DNA of 64,000 nt from Candidatus Thorarchaeota archaeon (GCA_048882045.1 JBHLRZ010000016.1:5526-69525), one strand, 5' to 3'. Positions 1-10,420 are shown, counted from the stretch's first letter. The notes: generated by a model from the sequence alone, not told the origin. Numbers and translations: made by a program.

Positions 1-1309
1 GAAGAGCCGGAGTATCGCAATACTAGTTCTATCTCTGATGTTTGTCTTTCCGTTAATTGTCCAGATTGGTGCAGATCACACAGCAGCTGATCTTGACACA
101 GCCAAGACATTCATAGAGAGTTATGAACACCACGAGCAAATATGGATACAGAGCAATGAAGAATTCGACTTCCAAGCGTCTACTGATGGATGGGCAGGGG
201 ATGGAAGTGAAGAACACCCATACATTATCACTGGTTATCTGTTTGACTGTGAGAGCCAACCCATTAGAATTTGGGACACCAATGTCCATTGGATTCTGAT
301 AGACAATATCATAGATGGAGTTGGTAGCAATATTCAGTGTGGAACTTGGATCGAGAATGTCACGAATGGAGCGATCATAGACAATGAGATTTTCAATCGG
401 CATTCAGGAATAGCAGTAACTGGATATACAGAATTGAACATCACTGGGAACTACATTCATGATTGCTGGGGGTCTGGGATTGAGGTCCTGGGAATGTTGA
501 ATCAATCAATCATTCAGGACAATGTCATTGAGAATGTAGGAGGAGCAGGAATCTTCTCAGGTATGTCAAAGGGAACTATTGTGAAGGACAATTCAATATC
601 AAGCTGCAATTCGATTGGAATTAGTCTGGTTGGCGTTGTTATCGACTGCATTTTGGCCAGCAATGTCATCTTTGACAGTGCTGAGTCAGGTCTTATTGTT
701 TCATATGGTGAGAATACAATCATCACAGGAAACATAATCACCTTCTCTTCAGGCCAAGGCATCTACATGAACTCACCAGAGCACTGCACAATATCTCAGA
801 ACATCATTGGGGATATATCAGGACATGGCATTCGGATAAATGCAGGAGATACATGCGAAATCAAAGATAATATTGTAGAGAATTGTACTCTTGATGGTAT
901 CCGTCTAGACTTGACTAGTTCCTCAGTTCTTCGGAACATTGTGAGGAATGCGTCTGAGTATTCTGTAAACCTATTGAGTAGTAGCAATCAAGTCACACTG
1001 AAGTTCAACACTTTCATAGATAACGGAAACTCGTGTCATGTGTGTGATGATGGGACTGCAAATATAATATCAGAGAACTACTTCGATGATTGGTCATCTC
1101 CAGATGCAGACGTTAATGGGTATGTGGATAATCCATACATGATTGATGGATCTGCGAGCAACCAGGATGAATATCCTCTTGCTGTTGCTGGGGTCATTCC
1201 GACAACAACACCTGATGGGAGCCCAATGAACATTCATCCACTCATTATTATCGCTCCTATAGGAATAGCCATCGTAATAGCTGCATTTGTCCTAATCAGA
1301 CGTCGATAA
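1..1309 (+). CDS. Secreted, membrane-anchored right-handed parallel beta-helix (NosD/PbH1-repeat) protein; 5' end probably just before the window
   Basis: Frame is open from base 2 (KSRSIAILVLSLMF, signal-peptide-like). GDGSEEHPYII motif, many 'IxxNxI...GI' repeats, C-terminal TM helix + RRR. Confidence 0.85.
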   Translation, partial: KSRSIAILVLSLMFVFPLIVQIGADHTAADLDTAKTFIESYEHHEQIWIQSNEEFDFQASTDGWAGDGSEEHPYIITGYLFDCESQPIRIWDTNVHWILIDNIIDGVGSNIQCGTWIENVTNGAIIDNEIFNRHSGIAVTGYTELNITGNYIHDCWGSGIEVLGMLNQSIIQDNVIENVGGAGIFSGMSKGTIVKDNSISSCNSIGISLVGVVIDCILASNVIFDSAESGLIVSYGENTIITGNIITFSSGQGIYMNSPEHCTISQNIIGDISGHGIRINAGDTCEIKDNIVENCTLDGIRLDLTSSSVLRNIVRNASEYSVNLLSSSNQVTLKFNTFIDNGNSCHVCDDGTANIISENYFDDWSSPDADVNGYVDNPYMIDGSASNQDEYPLAVAGVIPTTTPDGSPMNIHPLIIIAPIGIAIVIAAFVLIRRR

Positions 1310-1313
1310 ACTA

Positions 1314-1342
1314 AGAAGGGGTTGAATGGGCCAGCTCCTTCT
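1314..1342. terminator. Hairpin between convergent genes, probable terminator
   Basis: AGAAGG-GGTTG...CAGCT-CCTTCT inverted repeat between two stop codons. Confidence 0.45.
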
Positions 1343-1349
1343 TCCACAT

Positions 1350-3191
1350 CTAGCTTTCCATAAGGTTGGAGTACTTCTTGGACAGATACGCTCCAACTCC
1401 AAAGAGGAGAAATGCACCAGATGGAATAGCGATTACCATGAAATCGAAGAAATCCTGATCTGCCACTTGAGGGTTTGAGCCATCAAGATATTCGTTCAGA
1501 TTGTTTTTTCCGTCCCCATCAGGATCCAACTCTGCATCATTTACCAGGGGATTGAGTCCATTCTCAAGCTCATAGAGGTCAGGAATGAGATCCATGTCTG
1601 AGTCCGCAGAATTAGGATTGAGATTGTTCAAGAATTCGTCAGCATTTGAAACCCCATCGCTGTCTGCATCATCCTGAGCGTCAGATGGGTCCAATGGATC
1701 TAGTCCATATTCATATTCCCAACCATCAGAGATTGAGTCCAAGTCGCTATCGGGAGAGGAACTATCAGTCCCAACAATGATTTCCATTGCATCACTCAAT
1801 GAATCTTGGTCACTATCCATGTGGAACAAAGCGCTATCAAGCCAGTATTCATTTCGGTCGAGAACACCATTGCCATCCACATCAGCCTCATATTCGACTT
1901 TAATTTCGTATCCCAGACTGTAGTTCGCCAGACAGTCGACTACAACATAGTAAAGACCTGGGATTGTGATCTGTGTGCTTAGCACTTGCTGAGATTCCCA
2001 TGCTGACGCATCAGGATAGATGTTAATATCAACCAGATTCCACATTGAGTTGTAGACTTTGAACTGTGCTCCTCCGCCCCACCATCGACTGGCTGCGTTG
2101 ATGCGAGTTGGCGTGGTAATTGCTAGGGGGAGAGTCCTATTGAATCCTCCATTGATTATTCCATTTATTTCATGACGAACTGGTTCTCCATATTCGCGAC
2201 TCATTGAGAAAGCAATACACCCACCAATTACGCCAGCAGTCGCTCTACCAAGGTGGTAGTTGAACCTGGAATAAGAATAGTAGTCACCAGGACCACCAGA
2301 TATGGAATCCTGGTCCCAACTGGATTCATAAGCACAGATGACACTTCGATATCCCTCCTGATAGAAACTGATGTGGTCAGACGAGGACCAGAGGGGAAAA
2401 TCGCCTGATGACACTGAACTGGTGATATCGAATCCATAGAGATTGCCCATCATCTCAGCAAGGTCAGCCCAATATTTAGCAACATGATACTCGAATCCTT
2501 CGGCGTATGCCATGAGGACCTGCTCATCAGCGTAGGCATAGTAGTTCCTATAGAGAATGGAGTCAATATTATACAATGCAATTATGTCTATTCCAAGTGC
2601 CGAAGCTTCTTCAGCGACTTCGTTACTGCCTTGAAACGGAGTGCCAAATTCTATGGCAATAGCTGCGTTGAACGCACAGAAATAGATGTCTAATGGCCAA
2701 TCATATTGTGAGAGCACTCTAGCGAGTTCTATCAAAAGGGCTACTCCGCTACCATCATCATTTGCGCCAGGTGACCCCTCATTGGTATCATAATGGGCGG
2801 AGAGCACAAACACAGGGTTGTCACCGGGGAGATAACCAGGGAGAATACCAATCACATTGTCGTAGTTGCCAACCAGACTGACCTCGACACGGCCATCGGA
2901 AACTTCAGTCAGCTGACTCACGATCCAGTCTCTTGCAGCATCATTGCTCTCAGTTTCCCTAGAGAATCTCGAACCAATTTCAGAAAGACTTTGAACATAG
3001 CTTCGAAAGGTATCATAGTTACAAGCATAGAATATCTCTTCAGCAAAGTTTGCTCCATAAACTCTCTCTATGTTCTGTGACGTTTGAGCTAAAATTCCAG
3101 TAGATTGAGAAAACTGGTTGCTTATCTTGTAAACAGGAGTCGTGGTTGATATCATTGATAGTACAAAGAGTACAAGGAGCAACCTTCTCAT
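1350..3191 (-). CDS. M28-family peptidase-like ectoprotein with DxDxDG Ca-binding (TSP3-like) repeats and C-terminal TM anchor
   Basis: Signal peptide; SAHYD, GANDDGSG, NID and SDH motifs; repeated DSDxDxxxDxxE-xxxGxNP units; C-terminal hydrophobic helix. Confidence 0.85.
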   Translation of the reverse strand: MRRLLLVLFVLSMISTTTPVYKISNQFSQSTGILAQTSQNIERVYGANFAEEIFYACNYDTFRSYVQSLSEIGSRFSRETESNDAARDWIVSQLTEVSDGRVEVSLVGNYDNVIGILPGYLPGDNPVFVLSAHYDTNEGSPGANDDGSGVALLIELARVLSQYDWPLDIYFCAFNAAIAIEFGTPFQGSNEVAEEASALGIDIIALYNIDSILYRNYYAYADEQVLMAYAEGFEYHVAKYWADLAEMMGNLYGFDITSSVSSGDFPLWSSSDHISFYQEGYRSVICAYESSWDQDSISGGPGDYYSYSRFNYHLGRATAGVIGGCIAFSMSREYGEPVRHEINGIINGGFNRTLPLAITTPTRINAASRWWGGGAQFKVYNSMWNLVDINIYPDASAWESQQVLSTQITIPGLYYVVVDCLANYSLGYEIKVEYEADVDGNGVLDRNEYWLDSALFHMDSDQDSLSDAMEIIVGTDSSSPDSDLDSISDGWEYEYGLDPLDPSDAQDDADSDGVSNADEFLNNLNPNSADSDMDLIPDLYELENGLNPLVNDAELDPDGDGKNNLNEYLDGSNPQVADQDFFDFMVIAIPSGAFLLFGVGAYLSKKYSNLMES

Positions 3192-3317
3192 GGCTCAAAA
3201 TCGGAATATGGCACCGAATAAACTTAGCCCTGCGAGCAAGGGACTATCACGACTGTAACACATCCATTCGTATTGGTAAGAACCTAGAATTACTCAGCCA
3301 AACGAAGAGATGTTGCT

Positions 3318-5186
3318 ATGCGTCAAGACTTCAGCTATCATGCATTGAACGAGGAAACCGTGGTTTCTGCAAGATCAATCAAGAAGAGTACAGGGACCTA
3401 TTATACTCCACAACATCTTGCTGACCTAATTTCAAGAGATTCTCTATTGGCTTGGCTATCTGAACGCACAAACCGACCTCTGAAAGGATTGTCAGACCTG
3501 AATTCACTCTCAGTAGATGAAAGATTGATGCTAATCAAAAAGATCCATAAGATTAGAATCATGGATCCCTCTGTGGGAGAGGGCGTTTTTCTTCTTGCCA
3601 GTGCAAATCTCTTGAATGAAATATTAACAACGTTGGGAGATGACCGGACAGAAAATCAGAGAAGAAGAGCAATTGTCACAAACAATCTGTATGGGGTAGA
3701 TCTATCCAGTCATGGTGCAAGAGTAAGCAGCACAGAACTATGTGAATGGGCTTCTGCAAATAATGCCCCTAATATCCGAATGGGGAATAGTCTCCTAGGA
3801 TTCATCAGAGCACCAGAGGATAGAGTTGATCTTGATTTCATAATGATTCAAAAGATGGGTAAGAAGAATGGTTCGAGCTTGATAGACGAATTGGAGAAGA
3901 CAACCTCATTCCATTGGTCAAGTCAGTATCCACTAATATTTTCAGGACTAAACAAGGGCTTCGATATAATTTTGGGGAATCCACCGTATGGCAATATCCT
4001 GGGAATGTTAGAGAGAAGTCACATAACTGCATCATACCCTTTCAATGTTGGAAAGAACAGAACGGGTACATGGAACAGTGCTGCGCATTTTATCGTGAGA
4101 GCTGCGTCATTGCTGAAGAATGGAGGACAGCTTGGATTTCTAGTGCCCAATAGCATTCTCAGGGTAAAACAATTCACGAAGACTCGGGAATTCATTCTCA
4201 ATCATTTAGAACTTTGGAAAATTGTGGACGAAGGAAGTCCATTTGAAGGTGTGACTCTCGAGATGGTGAGTCTCTTCCTGAGGAAGGGAGAAAGACTTCA
4301 GAACAAAAGCGTTCAGATTGAGTCTCGAAGAAGTGGGATTAAAAAAACGAATGTCGTCGATTTTACAGTACTAAAGAAAGCGAATGTGTTTCCAATATAT
4401 TATGATGATTTCTTCAAGAATATCATTGAAAGAGGTGTGAGGAACCAACTCGTTGCAACACGTGGACGAGATATTCCAAAGAAACATACCCGAAAACAAC
4501 ATGAGGAAGGATACGATATCCCATACATTACTAGCGGCAGAAGTGTTCACAGGTATAGAATCAACGAATCATACGTTACGTACACGAATGATTGGTTGTT
4601 TCAAGATCATATGCTTTCAGAGTCATTTGAGAATGAACTCCTTGTAGCAACAAAGAACTTCAGGTATCCTCGGTGTGTCATAAAGCCGCCTGGTGTAGCT
4701 CATGGTGGCGGAATTGTGAATATCAAACCACAGTATGAGAATGTAGACTTACAAGTCTTGGGACTGATACTCAACTCCCGAATGGTTCGCAACATCTGCA
4801 TCAGATACCTCACAAACTACTCTCAACTAACATGTTGTCTCAATACAGGAATAATGGAAGAACTCCCACTCATCCTACCGACTTACAATCGTGTATATTC
4901 AACTCTATTTGGCAATCTGAGCGAACATTACTCGAAGTCTATTGAACCTGAACCAGTACTGGAACGAGTTGCAGATGCATTGGTCTATTCTTTGTATTTA
5001 GGAGAGAGCTGTCGTTTAGAGGAGATGATAGATGACCGATTGCCCATATCACGTAGTGATGGGATTATCACGATTCTTGACGAGGAGATTCTCAGAGAAG
5101 TTGACAAGATATTGGAGAACCATGCTGTGAGAGAACTGGAGCGCCTGGGCAATTTCCCTCCTTCTGAGAAATCTCTTAGATACTGA
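3318..5186 (+). CDS. N6-adenine DNA methyltransferase (Eco57I/TaqI-like, gamma class) with C-terminal target-recognition domain
   Basis: GTYYTP, DPSVGEGVF (motif I), LYGVDL, FDIILGNPPY (motif IV), LGLILNS in the TRD. Confidence 0.9.
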   Translation: MRQDFSYHALNEETVVSARSIKKSTGTYYTPQHLADLISRDSLLAWLSERTNRPLKGLSDLNSLSVDERLMLIKKIHKIRIMDPSVGEGVFLLASANLLNEILTTLGDDRTENQRRRAIVTNNLYGVDLSSHGARVSSTELCEWASANNAPNIRMGNSLLGFIRAPEDRVDLDFIMIQKMGKKNGSSLIDELEKTTSFHWSSQYPLIFSGLNKGFDIILGNPPYGNILGMLERSHITASYPFNVGKNRTGTWNSAAHFIVRAASLLKNGGQLGFLVPNSILRVKQFTKTREFILNHLELWKIVDEGSPFEGVTLEMVSLFLRKGERLQNKSVQIESRRSGIKKTNVVDFTVLKKANVFPIYYDDFFKNIIERGVRNQLVATRGRDIPKKHTRKQHEEGYDIPYITSGRSVHRYRINESYVTYTNDWLFQDHMLSESFENELLVATKNFRYPRCVIKPPGVAHGGGIVNIKPQYENVDLQVLGLILNSRMVRNICIRYLTNYSQLTCCLNTGIMEELPLILPTYNRVYSTLFGNLSEHYSKSIEPEPVLERVADALVYSLYLGESCRLEEMIDDRLPISRSDGIITILDEEILREVDKILENHAVRELERLGNFPPSEKSLRY

Positions 5187-5226
5187 TGCTTAAATACGAC
5201 TGAGGGAGGAAACAGCAGGATTCAGA

Positions 5227-5838
5227 ATGGTAGATGAAAATCATGACTCCGAAGAGATGGCTGAAGAGATCATAGATGCCATCGATGATGAAGCTGATTC
5301 GGATTTGGTCGATGGACTGTCCAAGAAGGAAAGGAAAATTGAGGAAGACCGTGGTTCAGAGCGCCAGCGGAAAGCACAGGACCTGAGGAAACAACTCAGG
5401 AAGCGGCAACTTGGTCTTATCAATTATCGCTGGCCTGCAGCTGTTCTAATTCTTGGTGGTATAATGGCGATCATCTCTGAATTCCTAACGATAATGTATA
5501 GAGACCCTGCAGTAATTCCTCCTGAGGTTGGATTCGACAGCTTTTTGCAGGGATTCACACGTAATGGTGGAGTCATCTTCATCTTCCCTATGCTTGCAGG
5601 AGCAATTATGTTGGTTCTCAGCTATTTCGCATACTCGAATCCTAAAAAAACATGGTTGGCAATCATTCCAGCAATGATGCTGATGATGGCAGGTGGGACA
5701 ATTTTCTTCTTAGTCACATTCGCAGTATCATTAGAACCATCTTACACTGGTTACATCTATGCTACACCCTCAGTGCTGACCACGATAATAGCAGGGGTTG
5801 TTGCGCTCCTTGCGATTGCTATGAGAGAAACCGAATAG
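5227..5838 (+). CDS. Hypothetical membrane protein (acidic/charged N-terminus, about 4 TM helices)
   Basis: 203-aa ORF with four hydrophobic segments. Confidence 0.75.
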   Translation: MVDENHDSEEMAEEIIDAIDDEADSDLVDGLSKKERKIEEDRGSERQRKAQDLRKQLRKRQLGLINYRWPAAVLILGGIMAIISEFLTIMYRDPAVIPPEVGFDSFLQGFTRNGGVIFIFPMLAGAIMLVLSYFAYSNPKKTWLAIIPAMMLMMAGGTIFFLVTFAVSLEPSYTGYIYATPSVLTTIIAGVVALLAIAMRETE

Positions 5839-6408
5839 TCACTCGCTTAGAAATTCATCGAGTCGACCTTCCTCTTCCAAGAGGTTCATCCAGTCTATCC
5901 TCTCCGGAGTGGGAGTGTCATTCATGATAGAGTCTATTTTCTCTGCCGTCTCTGGCGCACTAAGTTCTGATGTGTCAACCTCGAAGACCTTTTTTTCACC
6001 AAAGGCATCGAGAGCATCGAGCTGACACACACCGAGTATCTCAGCTTCTACATTCTCAATGATTTTTTCCTTAGAGTATTTTCGTTTTGAGAGACGTGTC
6101 CTTAGAATTTCAGGATGAGTCCGAAGAAGGAACACCCACTGGACGGATCTACTAGGTACTAGATCAATATAGTGACCCTCAATGACAAGACGTTTCGTTT
6201 TGTCTTCTGTCAGTTCAACAAGTACATCGACAAGACAGTCCTCATTGATTATCCCAGTCTTACGAATTTGGTCCTCAGCTGAAACGCAGCCTGATTCCTC
6301 AGCGAGCTCTCCGAGTCCTACTACCTCAACACTTAGCTTGCTGCCAAGAATCTTTGCTACAACAGTCTTACCTGTTCCAGGTGTTCCACCAACTAGTATC
6401 ACTGACAT
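5839..6408 (-). CDS. adk: Adenylate kinase, AK6/Fap7/hCINAP family
   Basis: GGTPGTGKT P-loop, IEGH motif, RKYSKEKIIENVEAE; likely start MSVILV at 6408. Confidence 0.9.
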   Translation of the reverse strand: MSVILVGGTPGTGKTVVAKILGSKLSVEVVGLGELAEESGCVSAEDQIRKTGIINEDCLVDVLVELTEDKTKRLVIEGHYIDLVPSRSVQWVFLLRTHPEILRTRLSKRKYSKEKIIENVEAEILGVCQLDALDAFGEKKVFEVDTSELSAPETAEKIDSIMNDTPTPERIDWMNLLEEEGRLDEFLSE

Positions 6409-6505
6409 GAGCTGATGGCCACACATGTTCAAGATAAGCGTTGAGAAGTAACCAATCCACTTGCATAAGTGATAAAAGAAGTTCAACAGTCTGCTTTTGG
6501 CAGCA

Positions 6506-7012
6506 ATGAATGCCTCCTATACTCTTAGACTCTTCCAACCAGCAGACATCAAGGATGTAGTTTCAATCAATCAACGTTGCCTGCCTGAGAACTATCCCGA
6601 CCAGTTCTTTCTAGGACTCCATCACCATGCACCGAACGCGTTCTATGTTGCAGAATATGAGGGAGAGATAGTAGGATACATCATGTGCAGAATCGAGAGG
6701 GGTATCTCTGGATTTGGGCGTTTACCAGTGAAGAAGGGTCATATTGTGTCAGTAGCAGTAGTTAGAACAATGAGGGAGAAGGGAGTTGGAACAGCCCTCA
6801 TCAATGCTGCGATGGAGGGAATGAGTGACTATGGAGCTACTGAGTTTTTCCTAGAGGTCAGAAAGAGCAATGAGGCTGCAGTAAATGTCTATGAAAGTCT
6901 CGGATATAATGTTCGCAGAGTCCTGAGAGGGTATTACCGCGATGGTGAAGATGCATATCTGATGGTAAAGAAAATAGATGGAGAGCCTGAGGAAGGTCTA
7001 GAGGATGAGTGA
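6506..7012 (+). CDS. ard1: N-alpha-acetyltransferase (archaeal Ard1/RimI, GNAT)
   Basis: CLPENY, GHIVSVAV, LEVRKSN, YYRDGEDAYLM motifs. Confidence 0.9.
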   Translation: MNASYTLRLFQPADIKDVVSINQRCLPENYPDQFFLGLHHHAPNAFYVAEYEGEIVGYIMCRIERGISGFGRLPVKKGHIVSVAVVRTMREKGVGTALINAAMEGMSDYGATEFFLEVRKSNEAAVNVYESLGYNVRRVLRGYYRDGEDAYLMVKKIDGEPEEGLEDE

Positions 7013-7913
7013 TTCAATCGATGTACCTCTGATACCCGAATGTTCAGCGTGTATTGTCAACAGCCTGAAAACAATGATTCCACTCCTGACAAAAGACAAA
7101 GAGAAACAGTTTGACCTTTTCAATCTAGCATACAAACGTATCTCTGAGGGGTATGCGAAGAATCTTACACCGATAGTTCTATCAGTCACACTCTATCAGG
7201 AGCTCTATTCAAAGGGTAATCTAGACGATCCATACAAAGAGATCAAACAGCGAAGTACCAGAGCCGCTCAGATGGCTTTACCTCTCATAGAGGAGAGGAT
7301 GAATAAGTACAAGGATGCAGAGTATTTCCGAGCATGTATTGCGGCATCAATTGCTGGTAATATCATTGACTTCAACACTGCTGAACATACGCCAGACTTG
7401 GAAAGACTTGTAGATGTCTTTGGTGATGTGATGGAGCAAGGATTCGCCTTGGATGATTCAATCAAACTCTGGGAAACCCTACAATCTCAACAAGGGAAAT
7501 TGATGTTCCTTGCAGATAATGCAGGCGAAGTAATTCTCGATATTCCCCTACTGAAACTAATCAATAAGTTAGGTTGGGAGATCACCTTTGTGGTCAAAGG
7601 ACAGGCGATGATCAACGATGTCACTTCTGAAGATGTCAAGGGAACTGAGATAGAAGAACTCACGACAATTGTCGACAGTGGTGGTTGGGCTCATGGAGTT
7701 CCCATCGAGTTTGTCAGCCCACAGTTCCTCAGGCTTTTCAAAGAGAATGACCTAGTGATCTCAAAGGGGCAAGCTAACATTGAAACAGTTCCAGAGATTC
7801 AACAAAAGACAGGCGTTGAAACATACTATATAACCAAAGCCAAGTGCTCTCACATCTCTCAGGCAATCAGGGCAAAGAAGGGAGACAACGTCGTTTTGAG
7901 AAGACCTGCGTGA
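7005..7913 (+). CDS. DUF89/ARMT1-like damage-control metal-dependent phosphatase
   Basis: PECSAC, AGNIIDF, DNAGE, INDVT, ISKGQANIE, KAKC motifs. Confidence 0.9.
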   Translation: MSDSIDVPLIPECSACIVNSLKTMIPLLTKDKEKQFDLFNLAYKRISEGYAKNLTPIVLSVTLYQELYSKGNLDDPYKEIKQRSTRAAQMALPLIEERMNKYKDAEYFRACIAASIAGNIIDFNTAEHTPDLERLVDVFGDVMEQGFALDDSIKLWETLQSQQGKLMFLADNAGEVILDIPLLKLINKLGWEITFVVKGQAMINDVTSEDVKGTEIEELTTIVDSGGWAHGVPIEFVSPQFLRLFKENDLVISKGQANIETVPEIQQKTGVETYYITKAKCSHISQAIRAKKGDNVVLRRPA

Positions 7914-7941
7914 ATCTGAGTTTTAGACATCTTTGACAAGC

Positions 7942-8062
7942 TTTAAAAACACAAATCAAGCAGAAAACGACAGGCTGTACAGCACGAAGTGCTTGTACAC
8001 TTTTCACGATTGACAGCGACACTACATTATCGTGGAGCTGTCTCACAATTGGAGGATTAAAC
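7942..8062 (+). promoter_or_regulatory. Thermosome promoter and structured 5' leader (TATA-like, GTAC-N14-GTAC hairpin, SD GGAGG)
   Basis: TTTAAAAA at about 7942; TGTACA-GCAC-GAA-GTGC-T-TGTACA 7976-7999; GGAGG at 8051 before the TTG start. Confidence 0.5.
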
Positions 8063-9700
8063 TTGAGTCAACAAGTACCGGTTATTGTGCTCAAAGAGGA
8101 TACTGAGCGCACCCGTGGCCGTGATGCACAGAGAAACAATATCATGGCCGCTATTGTGATCGCTGAAGCAGTAAAGTCCGCCCTTGGACCCAAGGGTATG
8201 GACAAGATGCTCGTTGATGGCTTCGGCGACATCACCGTCAGCAACGACGGTGCTACGATTTTGAAAGAGATGGATGTGGCCCATCCTGCAGCAAAAATGG
8301 TCATTGAGGTTGCAAAGACTGTTGATGCTGAGGTAGGAGATGGCACAACCACCGCAGCTGTTCTGACTGGAGATCTCCTGAAGCAGGCTGAAACACTTCT
8401 CGACCAGAAGATTCATCCGACCACTATCATCAGTGGATATAGAAAAGCAACTGAGAAGGCTCTTGAAGTCATTGATGCTGTAGCTGAAAAGGTTGATCCA
8501 GCATCTCCTGAATACAAGAAGATCTTGATTGATGTTGCCAAGACTTCTATGTCTAGCAAGTTCGTTTCGACATATAGAGATCCTCTTGCAAAGATTGTTG
8601 TTGATGCAGTACTGGCTATTGCAAAAGACCTTCCGAAAGATGAGGAGCTGAACATCGAGAACATCCCTCGTCAGAAACAAGAGGGAATGACCGTTGACAG
8701 AACAGAACTTGTCAAGGGACTTGTCCTGGACAAAGAGGTTGTTCATGCCGGAATGCCAAAGAGGGTCGAAGGAGCCAAGATTGCACTCCTAGAGTCAGCC
8801 TTGGAGGTCACAAAGACCGAGTTCGATGCAAAGATTTCGATCACAGATCCCTCAGCAATGCAAAGCTTCCTTGATGAAGAGGAACGCATGTTGAGAGACA
8901 TGGTCGACAAGATTGTCGAGGCTGGAGCAAATGTTGTTATCGCACAGAAGGGAATTGATGACGTTGTTCAGCATTATCTCGCGAAGAACAACATCCTTGC
9001 AGTCAGGAGAATCAAGAAGTCTGACGTGGAGAGAATCCACAAGACCACAGGAGCAACAATAGTTTCCAAGATTCAGAACCTGACAGCATCCGATCTTGGT
9101 AAAGCCAAGCTGGTCGAGCAGAGAGAGGTTGCCGACGACAAGATGCTCTTCATTGAAGGTACACCAAAGTCGAGCGTTGTAACATTGCTTGTCAGGGGAG
9201 GCACAGACCACATCGTGGATGAAGTGGACCGTGCTCTAAATGATGCACTTTATGTTGTCAGAGATGTTCTAATCCATCCCGCAGTGACCTACGGAGGTGG
9301 CGCTCTTGCATCAGAGATCGCAAAGCAACTGAGAGACTACGCAGACACTCTTGAGGGTCGTGAGCAGTATGCAGTAAATGCATATGCAGATGCTGTTGAA
9401 TCACTACCTAATACCCTTGCTGAAAATGCTGGACTTGATCCTATCGATGTGATTGTCGATCTGAGAAAAGCACACACAGAGGGTAAGATTCATCACGGGA
9501 TTGAAATCACCAAAGGCAAGGTTGCAGACATGAAGCAGGCTAGAGTTGTTGAATCTGCTATGGTCAACAAGCAAATAGTCATGTCAGCAGCTGAAGCAGC
9601 TCAGATGATACTCAAGATAGACGACGTCATCAGCTCCCGCGGAGGAGGAATGCCTGACATGGGCGGTGGTCCTGGCGGAGACCTAGGTGACGACGAATAG
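8063..9700 (+). CDS. ths: Thermosome (group II chaperonin) subunit
   Basis: [37 protein letters not shown] tail. Confidence 0.98.
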   Translation: MSQQVPVIVLKEDTERTRGRDAQRNNIMAAIVIAEAVKSALGPKGMDKMLVDGFGDITVSNDGATILKEMDVAHPAAKMVIEVAKTVDAEVGDGTTTAAVLTGDLLKQAETLLDQKIHPTTIISGYRKATEKALEVIDAVAEKVDPASPEYKKILIDVAKTSMSSKFVSTYRDPLAKIVVDAVLAIAKDLPKDEELNIENIPRQKQEGMTVDRTELVKGLVLDKEVVHAGMPKRVEGAKIALLESALEVTKTEFDAKISITDPSAMQSFLDEEERMLRDMVDKIVEAGANVVIAQKGIDDVVQHYLAKNNILAVRRIKKSDVERIHKTTGATIVSKIQNLTASDLGKAKLVEQREVADDKMLFIEGTPKSSVVTLLVRGGTDHIVDEVDRALNDALYVVRDVLIHPAVTYGGGALASEIAKQLRDYADTLEGREQYAVNAYADAVESLPNTLAENAGLDPIDVIVDLRKAHTEGKIHHGIEITKGKVADMKQARVVESAMVNKQIVMSAAEAAQMILKIDDVISSRGGGMPDMGGGPGGDLGDDE

Positions 9701-9736
9701 AAAGAGTCAAACGTAGTTTAGAATCAGGTGAAGCTC

Positions 9737-10420
9737 ATGTCAGAAGACTCTGAACCAAAGGAAAATGGGTCCGAAGAGGAAAATGCTGAAGAACCCACTA
9801 CAACCATCGAGGAAGGAGTTGCTTTGTTGACCAACATCGCTGGTGTTGGACCAAAGACAGCTGAGAAGCTTATAGCAGCAGGATACAACTCACTCGAGAA
9901 TGTTACCACAGCAGACAAGGAAGAGCTTGCAGCTGCAGTTGCTGGTCTTAGTGTTTCAAAAGCAGAAGCAATTATTGTTGAAGCTGAGGATGTCCTCGAG
10001 AAGGTGAAGGCCGGAGTCCTAGATCTGAGTGGAAAGGCTAAGTCAAAGCGAAAGAAGGCTCCTGAACCTGAGCCCGACCGTCATGAGCTTGCTCCATTGG
10101 AAGCAGTCGACAAGGCTGAAACACGCAAGAAGCTCGTCACCGGGTACGATAAGGAAAAGGAAGAGATGGGAATTCCTGTCGGTCCAAAGTGGCTGACCAA
10201 ATTCGAGAAAGCCAGGATAATTGGAGCGCGAGCGCTTCAGGTTTCAATGGGTGCACCAGTACTTATCGACATTAAGAATGCACCTAAGGGACGGTTCGGA
10301 TTTGCTGAAGCTGAACTGAAGTCAGGAGCACTCCCCATGACTGTCCGACGAACTCTTCCAACAGGAGAGTCCTTTGACATCCCACTATCGATTCTTCTAA
10401 AGAACACAAGGTTGGACTAG
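9737..10420 (+). CDS. rpoK: DNA-directed RNA polymerase subunit Rpo6/K with N-terminal helix-hairpin-helix extension
   Basis: C-terminal LTKFEKARIIGARALQVSMGAPVLI...LPMTVRR; N-terminal IAGVGPKTAEKL...VAGLSVSKAEAI HhH pair. Confidence 0.92.
   Translation: MSEDSEPKENGSEEENAEEPTTTIEEGVALLTNIAGVGPKTAEKLIAAGYNSLENVTTADKEELAAAVAGLSVSKAEAIIVEAEDVLEKVKAGVLDLSGKAKSKRKKAPEPEPDRHELAPLEAVDKAETRKKLVTGYDKEKEEMGIPVGPKWLTKFEKARIIGARALQVSMGAPVLIDIKNAPKGRFGFAEAELKSGALPMTVRRTLPTGESFDIPLSILLKNTRLD

Noticed and set aside
8057-8746. 229-aa antisense ORF inside the thermosome gene (likewise 39625-40116, 49264-49962, 53855-54460, 15645-16130)
   Set aside because: Shadow ORFs opposite well-supported genes, with no motifs.
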